Part shown: piece by piece, positions 10,039 to 19,645 of the stretch
Layout of the letters: every line of letters begins with the position of its first letter
How positions within the stretch are numbered: the first letter of the stretch is position 1
Assembly (NCBI GenBank): GCA_963738405.1
Contig: CAVTWJ010000009.1
Span: 224,001 to 288,000, forward strand
Origin: a candidate division FCPU426 bacterium
GTDB taxonomy: Bacteria; Oederibacteriota; Muellerivitia; Muellerivitales; Muellerivitaceae
Reading direction: 5' to 3'
DNA: 64,000 nt
Notes under the pieces: generated by a model
Databases searched by the model: none
What the model was told of the DNA's origin: nothing
What the model saw: the letters and a program-made list of their open reading frames with translations, nothing else
Made by a program: the position numbers and the translations under genes

Positions 10039-10895
10039 AGAAAAACCCCTTCGGCGATTTCCTTTCCCTTACCAAGCCCAGGCTTAATCTGCTGGCGCTC
10101 TTAACCAATCTGGCGGGTTATCTTTTGGGATCCACCGGAGGGACTTCCTGGCGTCTGCTTTTTTTCTCCTTGGCGGGGGCTACCCTTTTGGCGGCGGGGT
10201 GCGGCGCCCTGAACCAATGGCTTGAGGTGGATGCCGATAAAAGGATGAAGCGGACAAAAAAACGGCCCCTGCCCGCAGGGAGACTTCCGCTTCATCAGGC
10301 CTTTTGGTTCGGCGCGATTCTCTCGGGAGCCGGCGTCCTTCTACTCTTATGGCAAGTGAACGAATTGACAGCTTTTTTAGGCCTTTGCGCTTTTGTAAGC
10401 TATGTGCTGCTGTACACCCCCTTAAAAAAGATCACCTCCCTTTGCACGATCGTGGGGGCGGTTCCCGGCGCCCTGCCGCCTCTCATGGGTTACGCCGCCG
10501 CCACAGGGACCACAGGCTTGGAAGGCTGGACACTTTTTTGCATCCTCTTCTTCTGGCAAATGCCCCACTTCCTGGCGATTGGTTGGATCTACCGGGATGA
10601 TTACGAACGTGCCGGGTTTCCCATGCTTTCCGTACGGGATCCCAAGGGCGAATTGACCGGGCTGGTAGCGGTGGTTTACGCCCTGGCTTTATTGCCGGTT
10701 TCCTTATTGCCGGTATACCTGCGCATGACGGGTCCCATATATTTTTGGATCGCCCTTGTGTTAAGTTTAACCTTCGTGGGGTTCGCGGCGGCCTTGGCCA
10801 AAAACCGAACCCTGGCTCAGGCTCGGCGCCTTTTTTGGGCCTCGATCCTTTACCTACCTTTTCTGTTCACCGCGATGGTTCTTAACAAGGGGTAA
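10035..10895 (+). CDS. ctaB: Protoheme IX farnesyltransferase (heme O synthase)
   Basis: LTKPR, D..MKRT..RPLP.G, YTPLKK, GALPPLMG, WQMPHF, YRDDY. Confidence 0.95.
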   Translation: MKKNPFGDFLSLTKPRLNLLALLTNLAGYLLGSTGGTSWRLLFFSLAGATLLAAGCGALNQWLEVDADKRMKRTKKRPLPAGRLPLHQAFWFGAILSGAGVLLLLWQVNELTAFLGLCAFVSYVLLYTPLKKITSLCTIVGAVPGALPPLMGYAAATGTTGLEGWTLFCILFFWQMPHFLAIGWIYRDDYERAGFPMLSVRDPKGELTGLVAVVYALALLPVSLLPVYLRMTGPIYFWIALVLSLTFVGFAAALAKNRTLAQARRLFWASILYLPFLFTAMVLNKG

Positions 10896-10898
10896 ACC

Positions 10899-11828
10899 TT
10901 GCCGACACTGCTGGATGTAAAAGACCTTTCGTTCAAATACGGCGATAAAACCGCCCTCAAGGGCCTTTCCTTTTCGGTCGCGAAGGGCGAAATCTTTGGG
11001 TTCCTCGGCCCCAATGGGGGGGGAAAATCCACCACCTTTAAACTGCTCTCAACCCTCTATCCATGCGAACCGGGCAAAATCAGCCTTTTTGATTTGGACT
11101 TGGCCCGAGACACCCAAGCCATCAGGGCAAGGATGGGCATCGTGTTTCAATCTCCAGCCCTCGACAAAAAGTTAACGGTTCGGGAAAACTTGAAACACCA
11201 GGGGCATTTATATGGGTTAACGGGCGACAAGCTCGAAAAACGCATCGACCGAGACCTTGACCGGCTGAGTCTTAAGGACCGCCAAGGGGAAAGGGTCGAA
11301 ACCCTCTCTGGAGGCCTTCAGCGACGGGTGGAGCTGGCCAAAGCCCTGGTAAACGATCCCGAACTCATGATTTTGGACGAACCCTCAACTGGACTCGACC
11401 CCTCCGCCCGAAAGGAATTTTGGGGTCACCTGGAAAATTTGAGGAAAAGCCAGGGCATGACGGTTTTGGTGACAACCCATTATTTGGAGGAAGCCGACCG
11501 CTGTGATCGCCTTTTGATCCTTCACCAAGGGGAAATGGTGGCCCTGGGAAACCCGGAAGAGCTCAAAGCCTCGATTGGGGGGGAAGTGCTTCGTGTCCGC
11601 GCAAGGAACGCCGAATCCCTTCAAACCGCTCTGTTGGATAAATTAAAAATAAAGTCTGAGCTGATCGCGGGGGTTTTGCAGGTGGAAAGCCCCAAGGCCC
11701 ACAATTTGGTGGCGCCGATTTTGGAGAGTTTTCCGAATGAGGTGCTTTCGCTCACTGTTGGTCTGCCCACCCTTGAGGACGTATTTATCCACAAAACGGG
11801 CCGGACCTTTGCCGAGGATAAAGATTAA
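10899..11828 (+). CDS. ABC transporter ATP-binding protein (DrrA-like)
   Basis: GPNGGGKST, LSGG, LDEPSTGLD, TTHY. Confidence 0.93.
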   Translation: MPTLLDVKDLSFKYGDKTALKGLSFSVAKGEIFGFLGPNGGGKSTTFKLLSTLYPCEPGKISLFDLDLARDTQAIRARMGIVFQSPALDKKLTVRENLKHQGHLYGLTGDKLEKRIDRDLDRLSLKDRQGERVETLSGGLQRRVELAKALVNDPELMILDEPSTGLDPSARKEFWGHLENLRKSQGMTVLVTTHYLEEADRCDRLLILHQGEMVALGNPEELKASIGGEVLRVRARNAESLQTALLDKLKIKSELIAGVLQVESPKAHNLVAPILESFPNEVLSLTVGLPTLEDVFIHKTGRTFAEDKD

Positions 11829-11857
11829 CGTATGCCGGACACCAAGGAGATAACCTC

Positions 11858-12619
11858 ATGACCTTTTGGACCGCGACCTATACCCTTTGGCAGAGGGAAC
11901 TGGTGCGCTTTTACCGCCAGCCCAGCCGGGTGGTGGGGGCGGTGGGAACGGCATTTCTCTTTTGGCTTGTTTTGGGTTCGGGTGTGCCCCAGGTCGATTA
12001 CCGGGCCTATTTTTTTCCTGGGACACTCCTTATGAGCGTCATGTTCACCTGTATCTTTTCCAACGCATCGGTCATTGAGGATCGTCAGGCGGGTTTTTTA
12101 CAATCAGTCATGACGGCTCCTGTTTCCCGGGGTGCCATCGTCATGGGCAAAATTCTAGGCGGTTCCACCCTCTCGACCCTGCAGGGTTTAATTCTTCTTC
12201 CCATCGGGTTTTTCGTAGGGGTTTCCTTTTCTCCATTGCCGCTTTTAGGCGCGGTGGCTTGTCTATTCTTGGTTTCTTTCGTTATGAACGCTGCGGGGTT
12301 TTGGCTGGCCTGGAAAATTGAATCGATCCCGGGCTTTCATACCCTTATGAACCTGGTTTTGCTTCCTCTTTGGATGGCCTCTGGCGCGGTATTTCCTTCC
12401 ACGGGTTCGGGTTTCATGAAAACCTTCATGTTAATCAATCCCTTAACCTATGGGGTGGCTGGATTGCGGCAGGGGCTTTATCCCAACGCGGCCTATCCCG
12501 ATCTTCCTTCCATGGGTCTTTGCCTATTGATGCTGGGTCTTTCTGGGCTTTTCTTCTATGCCGTCTCCTCCTTTGCCGTGGCCCAAAGTGGAATAAGAAA
12601 AATAAGGAAAAAGCCATGA
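11858..12619 (+). CDS. ABC-2 type permease
   Basis: Six TM, EDRQAGFL...APVSR..IV.GKILGG, NPLTY. Confidence 0.9.
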   Translation: MTFWTATYTLWQRELVRFYRQPSRVVGAVGTAFLFWLVLGSGVPQVDYRAYFFPGTLLMSVMFTCIFSNASVIEDRQAGFLQSVMTAPVSRGAIVMGKILGGSTLSTLQGLILLPIGFFVGVSFSPLPLLGAVACLFLVSFVMNAAGFWLAWKIESIPGFHTLMNLVLLPLWMASGAVFPSTGSGFMKTFMLINPLTYGVAGLRQGLYPNAAYPDLPSMGLCLLMLGLSGLFFYAVSSFAVAQSGIRKIRKKP

Positions 12620-13242
12620 AGGAAAAGCAGGGCTGGGCCATCTGGATCGTCATGATCCTGGGGATCGGCCTCTTGGCGGCCTGGGGCTTTAGGGTTTATC
12701 AACTCCGTACTTCTACCCGCTTCTTAAAACCGGTCATGTGCGCGCCGAATTTTTCATTTACCGCCCAGGACGGAAACACCTTTTCTTCCAATGATTTGAA
12801 GGGCAAGGTTTGGGTGGCGGATTTTATCTTCACCCGCTGCGCCGGGTCTTGTCCCATGCTCTCGGGTCAAATGCGGTTGTTGGCCCAGCAATGGAAGGGT
12901 GACGATCAACTTCGACTGGTAACCTTTACCGTTGATCCGGATTTCGACAAGGTTCCAATTATGGCGGCTTACGCCCGAAATTTCGGAGCCGACTCCAAAC
13001 AATGGATATTCTTGACCGGAACCAAAAAAGACATTTATGAAGTGATTGGGCAAGGTTTCAAACTGAGCGCGGCCGAGGACCCCCAAGGGACTCCGGGTTT
13101 CGAGTTTATCCATACCACCCGAATGGTGCTGGTGGACGGAGAGGGAAAGATCCGCGGACTCTATGACGGTGAAGACGAAACCGACACGCAGAATCTCCAA
13201 CGGGACCTGAAATACTTGCTAACAACCTGGGGGAAGGTATGA
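12616..13242 (+). CDS. sco: SCO family copper chaperone
   Basis: FIFTRCAGSCP (CxxxC), VDPDFD, conserved His in FIHTT; ATG 12616 overlaps permease stop (ATGA). Confidence 0.92.
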   Translation: MKEKQGWAIWIVMILGIGLLAAWGFRVYQLRTSTRFLKPVMCAPNFSFTAQDGNTFSSNDLKGKVWVADFIFTRCAGSCPMLSGQMRLLAQQWKGDDQLRLVTFTVDPDFDKVPIMAAYARNFGADSKQWIFLTGTKKDIYEVIGQGFKLSAAEDPQGTPGFEFIHTTRMVLVDGEGKIRGLYDGEDETDTQNLQRDLKYLLTTWGKV

Positions 13243-13673
13243 ACATGGCGCATTTTCCAGCCTTAATCGCTTCCTTGAATGGACTCAGCGCTTTTTTACT
13301 TCTTTTGGGTTACGGATTTATCAAAAATAAAAAACTCTTGGCCCACAAGACCTGCATGGGCCTGGCTTTCCTTTCTTCTGTCGTGTTTTTAGGCTGTTAC
13401 CTCTATTACCATGCCCATGTAGGGGTGAATCATTTCACGGGCCAGGGCTGGGTCCGGCCCCTCTATTTTTTTATTTTGACCACCCACACGGTTTTGGCGG
13501 CCATTGTTCCTATACTTGCGATCTGGACCCTTTCTCGGGCGCTGAGGGGCGAGTTCGAGAAACACCGCCGTATCGCCCGCATTACCTTTCCCATATGGCT
13601 TTATGTATCGGTGACAGGGGTTGTGGTTTATTTCATGCTTTATGTTCTTTATCAACCGGCGATTTCTGTCTAA
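13239..13673 (+). CDS. DUF420 (CtaM-like) membrane protein
   Basis: ASLNG, HKTCM, FLGCYL.YH, YFFIL.TH, HRRIAR...WLYVSVTG. Confidence 0.88.
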   Translation: MNMAHFPALIASLNGLSAFLLLLGYGFIKNKKLLAHKTCMGLAFLSSVVFLGCYLYYHAHVGVNHFTGQGWVRPLYFFILTTHTVLAAIVPILAIWTLSRALRGEFEKHRRIARITFPIWLYVSVTGVVVYFMLYVLYQPAISV

Positions 13674-13696
13674 ATGAAGGGTAGGAGGTTCGCAGA

Positions 13697-14119
13697 ATGA
13701 ACGACCAAGAGATCGAAAAAATTGTAAAAGAGGCTAAAACCATCGCGGTTTACGGCATGCAAGATGAGAAAAAGATGGCCCGGCCCGCCTATACCATTCC
13801 CGCTATGTTGAAGGGAAAGGGATACGAGATTTATCCCGTGAATCCGCTGATCGTTTCTTCCCTAGGCCTTGAGGCCTATGGGAAATTGGCCGACCTTCCG
13901 GTCAAGCCCGACATCCTGGATGTTTTCCGAAAAAGCGAGTTGATTCCTGAAGTAACCGATGAGATTTTGGCCATGCCAGAGGAAAAACGCCCCAAGACCG
14001 TTTGGCTCCAGACTGGGATTACCCATCCCCAATCGGAAGCCAGGCTGGAGGTTGAAGGGATTCAGGTGGTCAGCGACCAATGCCTGGGGGTTTGGGCGGC
14101 TAGGGTAAAGTCCCGTTAA
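13697..14119 (+). CDS. CoA-binding protein (YccU-like)
   Basis: TIAVYG, GYEIYPVNP, DILDVFR, VWLQTG, VV.DQC. Confidence 0.88.
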   Translation: MNDQEIEKIVKEAKTIAVYGMQDEKKMARPAYTIPAMLKGKGYEIYPVNPLIVSSLGLEAYGKLADLPVKPDILDVFRKSELIPEVTDEILAMPEEKRPKTVWLQTGITHPQSEARLEVEGIQVVSDQCLGVWAARVKSR

Positions 14120-14122
14120 AAG

Positions 14123-14716
14123 ATGAAAAAGGTTAAGTCGGGATCCAAACTAGGCTTCCTGATTCGAGAAATTTGTTTAACCATGCTTTTTCTTGCCGGT
14201 TTATTTTCATTCACGTGTGAAATTTTCCCCGCCCAGACACCCACCTTTCAGTTATCCAGTGATTCCTTTCAGGCAGGCAGGGAAATTCCACCCGCTTATA
14301 CCTGCCAGGGACAAAGTATTTCACCCGAACTCCATTGGACGGGAGTTCCCCAAAAAACAAAGTCATTCGCCCTTATTTGTGATGATCCTGACGCTCCAGG
14401 CCGAATCTGGGTGCATTGGGTCATCTACAACATTCCTATCGAAAAAGAAGTGTTCAAAACGACTTTCAAGCTCTTGGAGGCCTTTCCCAAGCAAGAAATC
14501 ACGGAAAAGGGAATCCGGCAGGGAATCAATGATTTTGGGAGAATCGGCTATGACGGGCCTTGCCCTCCCAACGGCAACCACCGCTACTATTTCAAGCTTT
14601 ACGCTCTGGATTCGCTTCTCAACTTAAAACCAGGCTCCAGCAAGCTTCAGCTTTTGGGAGCCATGAAGGGCCATATAATCGCTGAGACCCAACTGATGGG
14701 AACCTTCGGGAAATAA
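14123..14716 (+). CDS. YbhB/YbcL (PEBP) family protein, probably exported
   Basis: SPELHW, DDPDAP, WVHWVIYNIP, GYDGPCPP..HRYYFKLYALD. Confidence 0.92.
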   Translation: MKKVKSGSKLGFLIREICLTMLFLAGLFSFTCEIFPAQTPTFQLSSDSFQAGREIPPAYTCQGQSISPELHWTGVPQKTKSFALICDDPDAPGRIWVHWVIYNIPIEKEVFKTTFKLLEAFPKQEITEKGIRQGINDFGRIGYDGPCPPNGNHRYYFKLYALDSLLNLKPGSSKLQLLGAMKGHIIAETQLMGTFGK

Positions 14717-14731
14717 TAATCGGGAGTCAAT

Positions 14732-15349
14732 ATGGGTCTGGGTGGAATCATTGTATTGCTTTTAGTTTTGGGTATAGGAATCTATATTCTGGCGGTCGAA
14801 AAGCCTTTTCAAAAAAGAGAATACCTTACTGATTTAGACCTTCCCAAGCCGCCAGTCATCCTGGCCCCGGCCCCGCCGGGCATGGTGGAAGCTCTAACAC
14901 CACCTTGGCAAAAAGAACTCAATCAAAAGTTAAAGGATGAAGGTTTTCGGTATGTGGGAGATTTTTCATACGCGGCTCTGAATTTTTTTTGGGCCCGAAC
15001 CTTTATTTCGCCCGATTCCAGGTCTGCCCTATTGTTGGTGAATTGGGTGGAGGGCAAGGCGGGGGGGAAGGTCATTATTCCCAACCTGGAAATTTATTCC
15101 TTCGATGGAAATTCGTTCATTCTAACAGCCTGTTCCCAAGACGGCGCGGCGCGGCTCCTGACGGGCGCGAAGCGCCCGTCGAAAGAACAGCTTTCGCTCC
15201 ATTTGAAAGCGGTTTTTGCTGAAAGCGCGGTAAGGCCCATCTTGGACGAGCACCAGCGAAGGCTCGCGGACTGGGAAGGACGGGGCGCGAAAATTAGGGA
15301 GCTGACACCTTCCAATATTCTCCCAAGCCTTTCCAAAATTTATTCCTAA
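14732..15349 (+). CDS. Hypothetical protein with N-terminal TM anchor
   Basis: GGGAG RBS, hydrophobic N-terminus, co-oriented in operon. Confidence 0.7.
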   Translation: MGLGGIIVLLLVLGIGIYILAVEKPFQKREYLTDLDLPKPPVILAPAPPGMVEALTPPWQKELNQKLKDEGFRYVGDFSYAALNFFWARTFISPDSRSALLLVNWVEGKAGGKVIIPNLEIYSFDGNSFILTACSQDGAARLLTGAKRPSKEQLSLHLKAVFAESAVRPILDEHQRRLADWEGRGAKIRELTPSNILPSLSKIYS

Positions 15350-15507
15350 CATTTTGTTTAAACGTTCATTCTTTGTCTTCTGGATGTCCGAGAGATAAAT
15401 GGGTGAATGCCCGAAACTCAAGAAGGATGAAAGATGGACGTTAGGTTGAAGCGTGGTATCTTTTAATCTCACGGGTTTTGAATTGAACGCCTTAGGGGAG
15501 CGGCTGA

Positions 15508-15993
15508 ATGCGGCAAAAGACGGGATGGCTGGAGAAGCATTTTCGTGGATCCGTTCAATCGATTGTGGAAGTGAAATACCACCGGGCCAAGGTCAAAAAA
15601 ACGCCTCGAAAAAAACTGCTGAGCCGTTCGGCAACTCCCCTTTCGGACGACAACCTTTATTTTGTCATAGATAAAAAAGTCTCTTATGGGGAACTCTACT
15701 TGACTGGGGATGATGTTTTTAGCCCCAAGGAAATTATCGAGCTTCATCTATTCATTTCACGGCATAAAACGAAAATGCGGGTTTTGGCAAGGGTGTTAAG
15801 AACGGAAACCTTTTTTGAACTGAAACGGCCCATGTTTCGGGCGGAGATCCTTTTTGCGGCTGTGAATAGAGAAGATTTTTTGAGAATTCAGGCTTTGGAA
15901 AAAGCCAGTCAAATGGAAGGGCCTAAGACAAGACCCGAGCCTCCCACACTTCCATCGGGTAACAAAATGACCCTTACCTTTAGGCGAAGTTAA
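15508..15993 (+). CDS. Degenerate PilZ-like protein
   Basis: Aligns by eye with the 33919 PilZ protein (KTGWLEK/KSGWMEK, VLARVLR/LLAEVVR, FRAEI/FRAGL). Confidence 0.6.
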   Translation: MRQKTGWLEKHFRGSVQSIVEVKYHRAKVKKTPRKKLLSRSATPLSDDNLYFVIDKKVSYGELYLTGDDVFSPKEIIELHLFISRHKTKMRVLARVLRTETFFELKRPMFRAEILFAAVNREDFLRIQALEKASQMEGPKTRPEPPTLPSGNKMTLTFRRS

Positions 15994-16038
15994 GTCTTTT
16001 AACTGCCCGGCTTCTTGTCGTTTCCTATGAATCCCATA

Positions 16039-16072
16039 TTGACCCTACCTGAAAGGTATACTAAAGTATACC
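16039..16072 (+). promoter_or_regulatory. dinB promoter with overlapping palindromic operator
   Basis: TTGACC-N17-TAAAGT; perfect GGTATAC-TAAA-GTATACC at 16055-16072. Confidence 0.65.
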
Positions 16073-16073
16073 A

Positions 16074-17312
16074 ATGACCCGGCTCATCGCCCATGTGGAT
16101 ATGGATTCCTTTTTTGTTTCCTGCGAAAGACTGGTAAACCCAGCTCTCAATGGAAAACCCGTCATTGTGGGGGGCCGCAAGGGCGAAAGGGGGGTCGTTG
16201 CCTCCGCCTCCTATGAAGTCCGCAAATTCGGGGTCAAATCGGGTATGCCGCTCATTACCGCCGAAAGACTCTGTCCTCAGGCGGTTTTTGTAACAGGACA
16301 ACACAAGCTTTATTCGAAATACTCCCGCAAGGTTTACGTGCTTCTTCGCCGCGTCGCCCCTCTGGTGGAATACGCCTCCATCGACGAGTTTTATCTCGAT
16401 TTCACAGGCTGTGAGGAGCTTTACGGCAACGACCCTTCCGCTATGGCGAAAAGGGTGAAGGAAAGTATTTTTAAACGCACCGGGTTGTCCTGTTCGGTAT
16501 CCATCGCTTCCAACAAGTACGTGGCCAAGATCGCGGGTAAAACCGTTAAGCCGTCCTCCGGTTCTCAACAAGGCTGGATTATCGTGCCTGAGGGCGGGGA
16601 ACAAGCTTTTCTCGCCAATCTTCCCATTGAGAGGCTCCATGGTGCGGGTGAGAAAACACAGCCCCGCTTGAAGGCCTTGGGGCTGAATAAAATCGGGGAC
16701 ATTCTCAGCCTGCCCCAAAAGAAGCTTGAGCAGGCCTTCGGGCCTTCGGCGGGCCATTGGCTTTATGAGGCCGCGCGGGGCATGGATGATTCGCCCGTGA
16801 CGCCCTACCACCTTTCCAAAAGCGTGGGTCACGAGACCACCTTTGATAAGGATTCAGATGATCCGGTTTTAATCCGGCAGACCCTAGCCTGGCTCTCGGA
16901 AAAAAGCTGTTACCGCTTGAGACGCCTTGGGAAGAAAGCCCGGACGGTCACCTTGAAACTGCGCTTCGACGATTTTCAGACCCTAATCCGGGCCAAGACC
17001 CTGCCCGCAACCCACGATGACGCAGTGGTTTTGAGGGTGGCCGAAGACCTTTTTAAGGAATCCCATAATCGAAAACGAAAAATCCGTCTCTTGGGGGTTT
17101 CCCTCTCAAAGTTTGAGTCGGGTGGTCAGGAGGATTGGCTTTTCCCGGAAATGAACAATCCACGCAAGGAAGCTCTTTTTAAGACCATGGATGTCATCAA
17201 ACGAAAATACGGTTTTAACAAGCTTGGAAAGGCCGCTTCCCTGGAAGGAACGAGTAGGGCAAAAAAAGGAGAAGGGGGGCCTTCTTCATTCGAGAAACCA
17301 AAGATACGTTGA
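16074..17312 (+). CDS. dinB: DNA polymerase IV (Y family)
   Basis: HVDMDSFFVSCE, ASYEVRKFGVKSGMP, SIDEFYLD, KSVGHETTF, IRLLGV. Confidence 0.96.
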   Translation: MTRLIAHVDMDSFFVSCERLVNPALNGKPVIVGGRKGERGVVASASYEVRKFGVKSGMPLITAERLCPQAVFVTGQHKLYSKYSRKVYVLLRRVAPLVEYASIDEFYLDFTGCEELYGNDPSAMAKRVKESIFKRTGLSCSVSIASNKYVAKIAGKTVKPSSGSQQGWIIVPEGGEQAFLANLPIERLHGAGEKTQPRLKALGLNKIGDILSLPQKKLEQAFGPSAGHWLYEAARGMDDSPVTPYHLSKSVGHETTFDKDSDDPVLIRQTLAWLSEKSCYRLRRLGKKARTVTLKLRFDDFQTLIRAKTLPATHDDAVVLRVAEDLFKESHNRKRKIRLLGVSLSKFESGGQEDWLFPEMNNPRKEALFKTMDVIKRKYGFNKLGKAASLEGTSRAKKGEGGPSSFEKPKIR

Positions 17313-17334
17313 CCGGGGTCGGATTAAAACAGGA

Positions 17335-18048
17335 TTAGGGATTGGAAACGACAGGTGTCATTTTAATCGCAAGACTATCCACCGCATTGCCTGACTTCAA
17401 AGCTAAACTGAGCTTGGTGGGGAGCTGTTGCGAATCCTTCAAGGCCTGTGCCGCTCGTTCCTGGTCAATCTCGCCCTGTCTTTGGGCGATTTCCCGCCGC
17501 AGGGACTGCAGGAGATCCTGGACGTTGCCCTTGACCACGTCGGAGGCGATGAAGGCCGGAGCCGAAAAATTTTGTGCCGCGTCGAGGCTGTAAATCACTT
17601 CCAGTCCGTGTCCCAGTGAAGAAGGCGTAATACTCCAACTGCCTTGATAGACATTGAAATCCTGGTGGCTGGTATCGGTAAAGAAGATGGTATCGGTTTG
17701 GGGCTGCTCATGCACATTCATTAAAAGACGTATACGCTTCGAGAAAAACAGAAAGCCTCCCTCGCCTTCCTGGCGAAGAACCAAGTCGTTGGTATCGCGG
17801 CTTTCCACATGGCTGATTTTCATGCTGTGAACAAAATCGGGGATATGATCGTAATTGGTCAGGATGTCCCAGGCGGTCTGCTTATCGGCATCCACAAAAA
17901 AAGAGCCCTCGACCTTGTAATGGCCGTAGCCCTCGTAGAAAGCTAGTGAGATATCATCGGCAGCGGCGCCTGTGCCGCAGGAGAGCACGACACAGGCGAC
18001 TGCCATTACAGCCCTGAGGAGGTATGTGCTGAGGCTTTTTCCCCTCAT
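17335..18048 (-). CDS. Exported SRPBCC/START (polyketide cyclase/Coq10-like) protein
   Basis: Signal peptide; AWDILTNYDHIPDFV..MK.S, F..YQGSW pattern. Confidence 0.75.
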   Translation of the reverse strand: MRGKSLSTYLLRAVMAVACVVLSCGTGAAADDISLAFYEGYGHYKVEGSFFVDADKQTAWDILTNYDHIPDFVHSMKISHVESRDTNDLVLRQEGEGGFLFFSKRIRLLMNVHEQPQTDTIFFTDTSHQDFNVYQGSWSITPSSLGHGLEVIYSLDAAQNFSAPAFIASDVVKGNVQDLLQSLRREIAQRQGEIDQERAAQALKDSQQLPTKLSLALKSGNAVDSLAIKMTPVVSNP

Positions 18049-18062
18049 GGCTTCCTCTTTTC

Positions 18063-19511
18063 TTAGAACATCAACTGGAACTGCATCCGACCCATCGGAA
18101 CCAATCCCTCGCGGAAGTTGCCGCCGTTAACGCCGGAAGCGGCCGAACCGGGCATTTCGGTTACCAGGTAGGTACCGTCGTCGCTCGGAACCGCCGGGGT
18201 GTTGATCATGAACATGGTCTCGGCGACCAGTTTGCAATCGGCGTTCATGTGCCAGGTGATGGACGGGATCGTAAGTTCATAGATAGGGGTACTGTCCGTG
18301 AAGATGGGGGCGTAACCGGTGGCTGGCGTGGCGGCCAATCCGTTGGCCTTACGGTTCGCATAGGCACCCACCATGCTGGTGTCGGGGATGGCCATCGCGA
18401 AACGGCCTGCGAATTCCCAGGGGTTGTCACCCACGGAAGCCTCGACCATACCGCCGCCGACATTGAGGGCGTATTGCTGGCCAGGGAGAACCGCTTGACC
18501 CGCGAGGGTGGTCGTTTGCGTCTCGAAAAGCATGGCTTGAGGGACGGTCATATCGTAATGCTCGATCATGGCCATACCGGTCAAGGTGAAGGTCGTGTCA
18601 TTCATGGGCGTACGTAATTGGAAGTCCATTCCGGCCTGCCAATAATTGGCCGTGACTGGGCTCGCGCCCGCGGCTGACAGGTAAGGGTTGAAGACCGAGG
18701 AGTTGAGCACGTTCCCATAAAGGTTATTGTTGGCGTTGAAGGTGGCCAAGTATCCGCCGCCCAAGCCCAAGTCGTTGCTATGACCCGCGTTTTGATCGGC
18801 GGAATAGTAACCGTTCAAGTGAATGGCAAACTCGGTTTTAGTCGGTTTGTCAAAGCCGGTTTCGGCTGGCTTGAAAGGATTGTCCGTAATCCCGTCGTTG
18901 TACCCAATGCGCAAGAAGATCGGGGTCGGGAAATTCAGGATCTCAGGCAAGTAACGCTGGGGAAGGTCCGGAGCGCCTTGGACCAAGCCGCCCTGGAAAT
19001 CCAGTTCCCCGAGATGGCCGTAAAGCGCCACGCCGCAGTCGTATCCCTGGTTGAAGAACAGGTTGTAAAGGGGGGATTTCTCAGTGAAGAGCATGTTCCC
19101 TTCGTAAACGGCGCTTTCCAGGTTGCCCGGCATCTTGAACTGACCGATTTTCACAGTGGCCATGTCGGGAATCAGGGGAATATCCACGTTAGCATCGTAA
19201 AGGTTCAACACGCCGTTGGACCCGTTGGTCCCGCTGGCGGGCGTCTCACCGCCGAACTCCACCTCGAAATCCCACTTGTAGCCCTTGTAGTCTCCCGTTG
19301 TGAAGAGGCGGTCTGACTCGTTCCACAGGAACAACCTAAAATGGTCGCGAACCGGATCGGAAGTGACCAATTCCGCCGCGCCCATCAATTGAATGCGACC
19401 CCCGAAATCCAAATCGAGGTCGTCGTTCTTAAAAATCTCTGCGGCATGGGCGCGGGGCATAAAGCCCAGCAGCAACAGGGCCGCCATCATCACTTTCTGA
19501 AAAGTTTTCAT
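18063..19511 (-). CDS. Outer-membrane porin (OprO/OprP-like beta-barrel)
   Basis: Signal peptide AHA, FGGRIQ, LYDA, VKIGQFKMP, C-terminal QFQLMF. Confidence 0.75.
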   Translation of the reverse strand: MKTFQKVMMAALLLLGFMPRAHAAEIFKNDDLDLDFGGRIQLMGAAELVTSDPVRDHFRLFLWNESDRLFTTGDYKGYKWDFEVEFGGETPASGTNGSNGVLNLYDANVDIPLIPDMATVKIGQFKMPGNLESAVYEGNMLFTEKSPLYNLFFNQGYDCGVALYGHLGELDFQGGLVQGAPDLPQRYLPEILNFPTPIFLRIGYNDGITDNPFKPAETGFDKPTKTEFAIHLNGYYSADQNAGHSNDLGLGGGYLATFNANNNLYGNVLNSSVFNPYLSAAGASPVTANYWQAGMDFQLRTPMNDTTFTLTGMAMIEHYDMTVPQAMLFETQTTTLAGQAVLPGQQYALNVGGGMVEASVGDNPWEFAGRFAMAIPDTSMVGAYANRKANGLAATPATGYAPIFTDSTPIYELTIPSITWHMNADCKLVAETMFMINTPAVPSDDGTYLVTEMPGSAASGVNGGNFREGLVPMGRMQFQLMF

Positions 19512-19645
19512 TTCTGCTCCTCCTGTTTTTTTAACTGCTCTTCGGGCTTGGTTTTTGGGGCCATCCCTCCCCGTCGCGAAACCTGTCCGAAGTCCTTCTA
19601 TCTTCCGAGCCCCCTCAGGGAGAAAGCTCGGGTCTTCGCTCTCAA

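Noticed and set aside
12370..12615. N-terminal extension of sco
   Set aside because: Overlaps the permease; the ATGA-coupled start at 12616 fits better
15999..16832. 277-aa minus-strand ORF
   Set aside because: Antisense to dinB with no recognisable motifs
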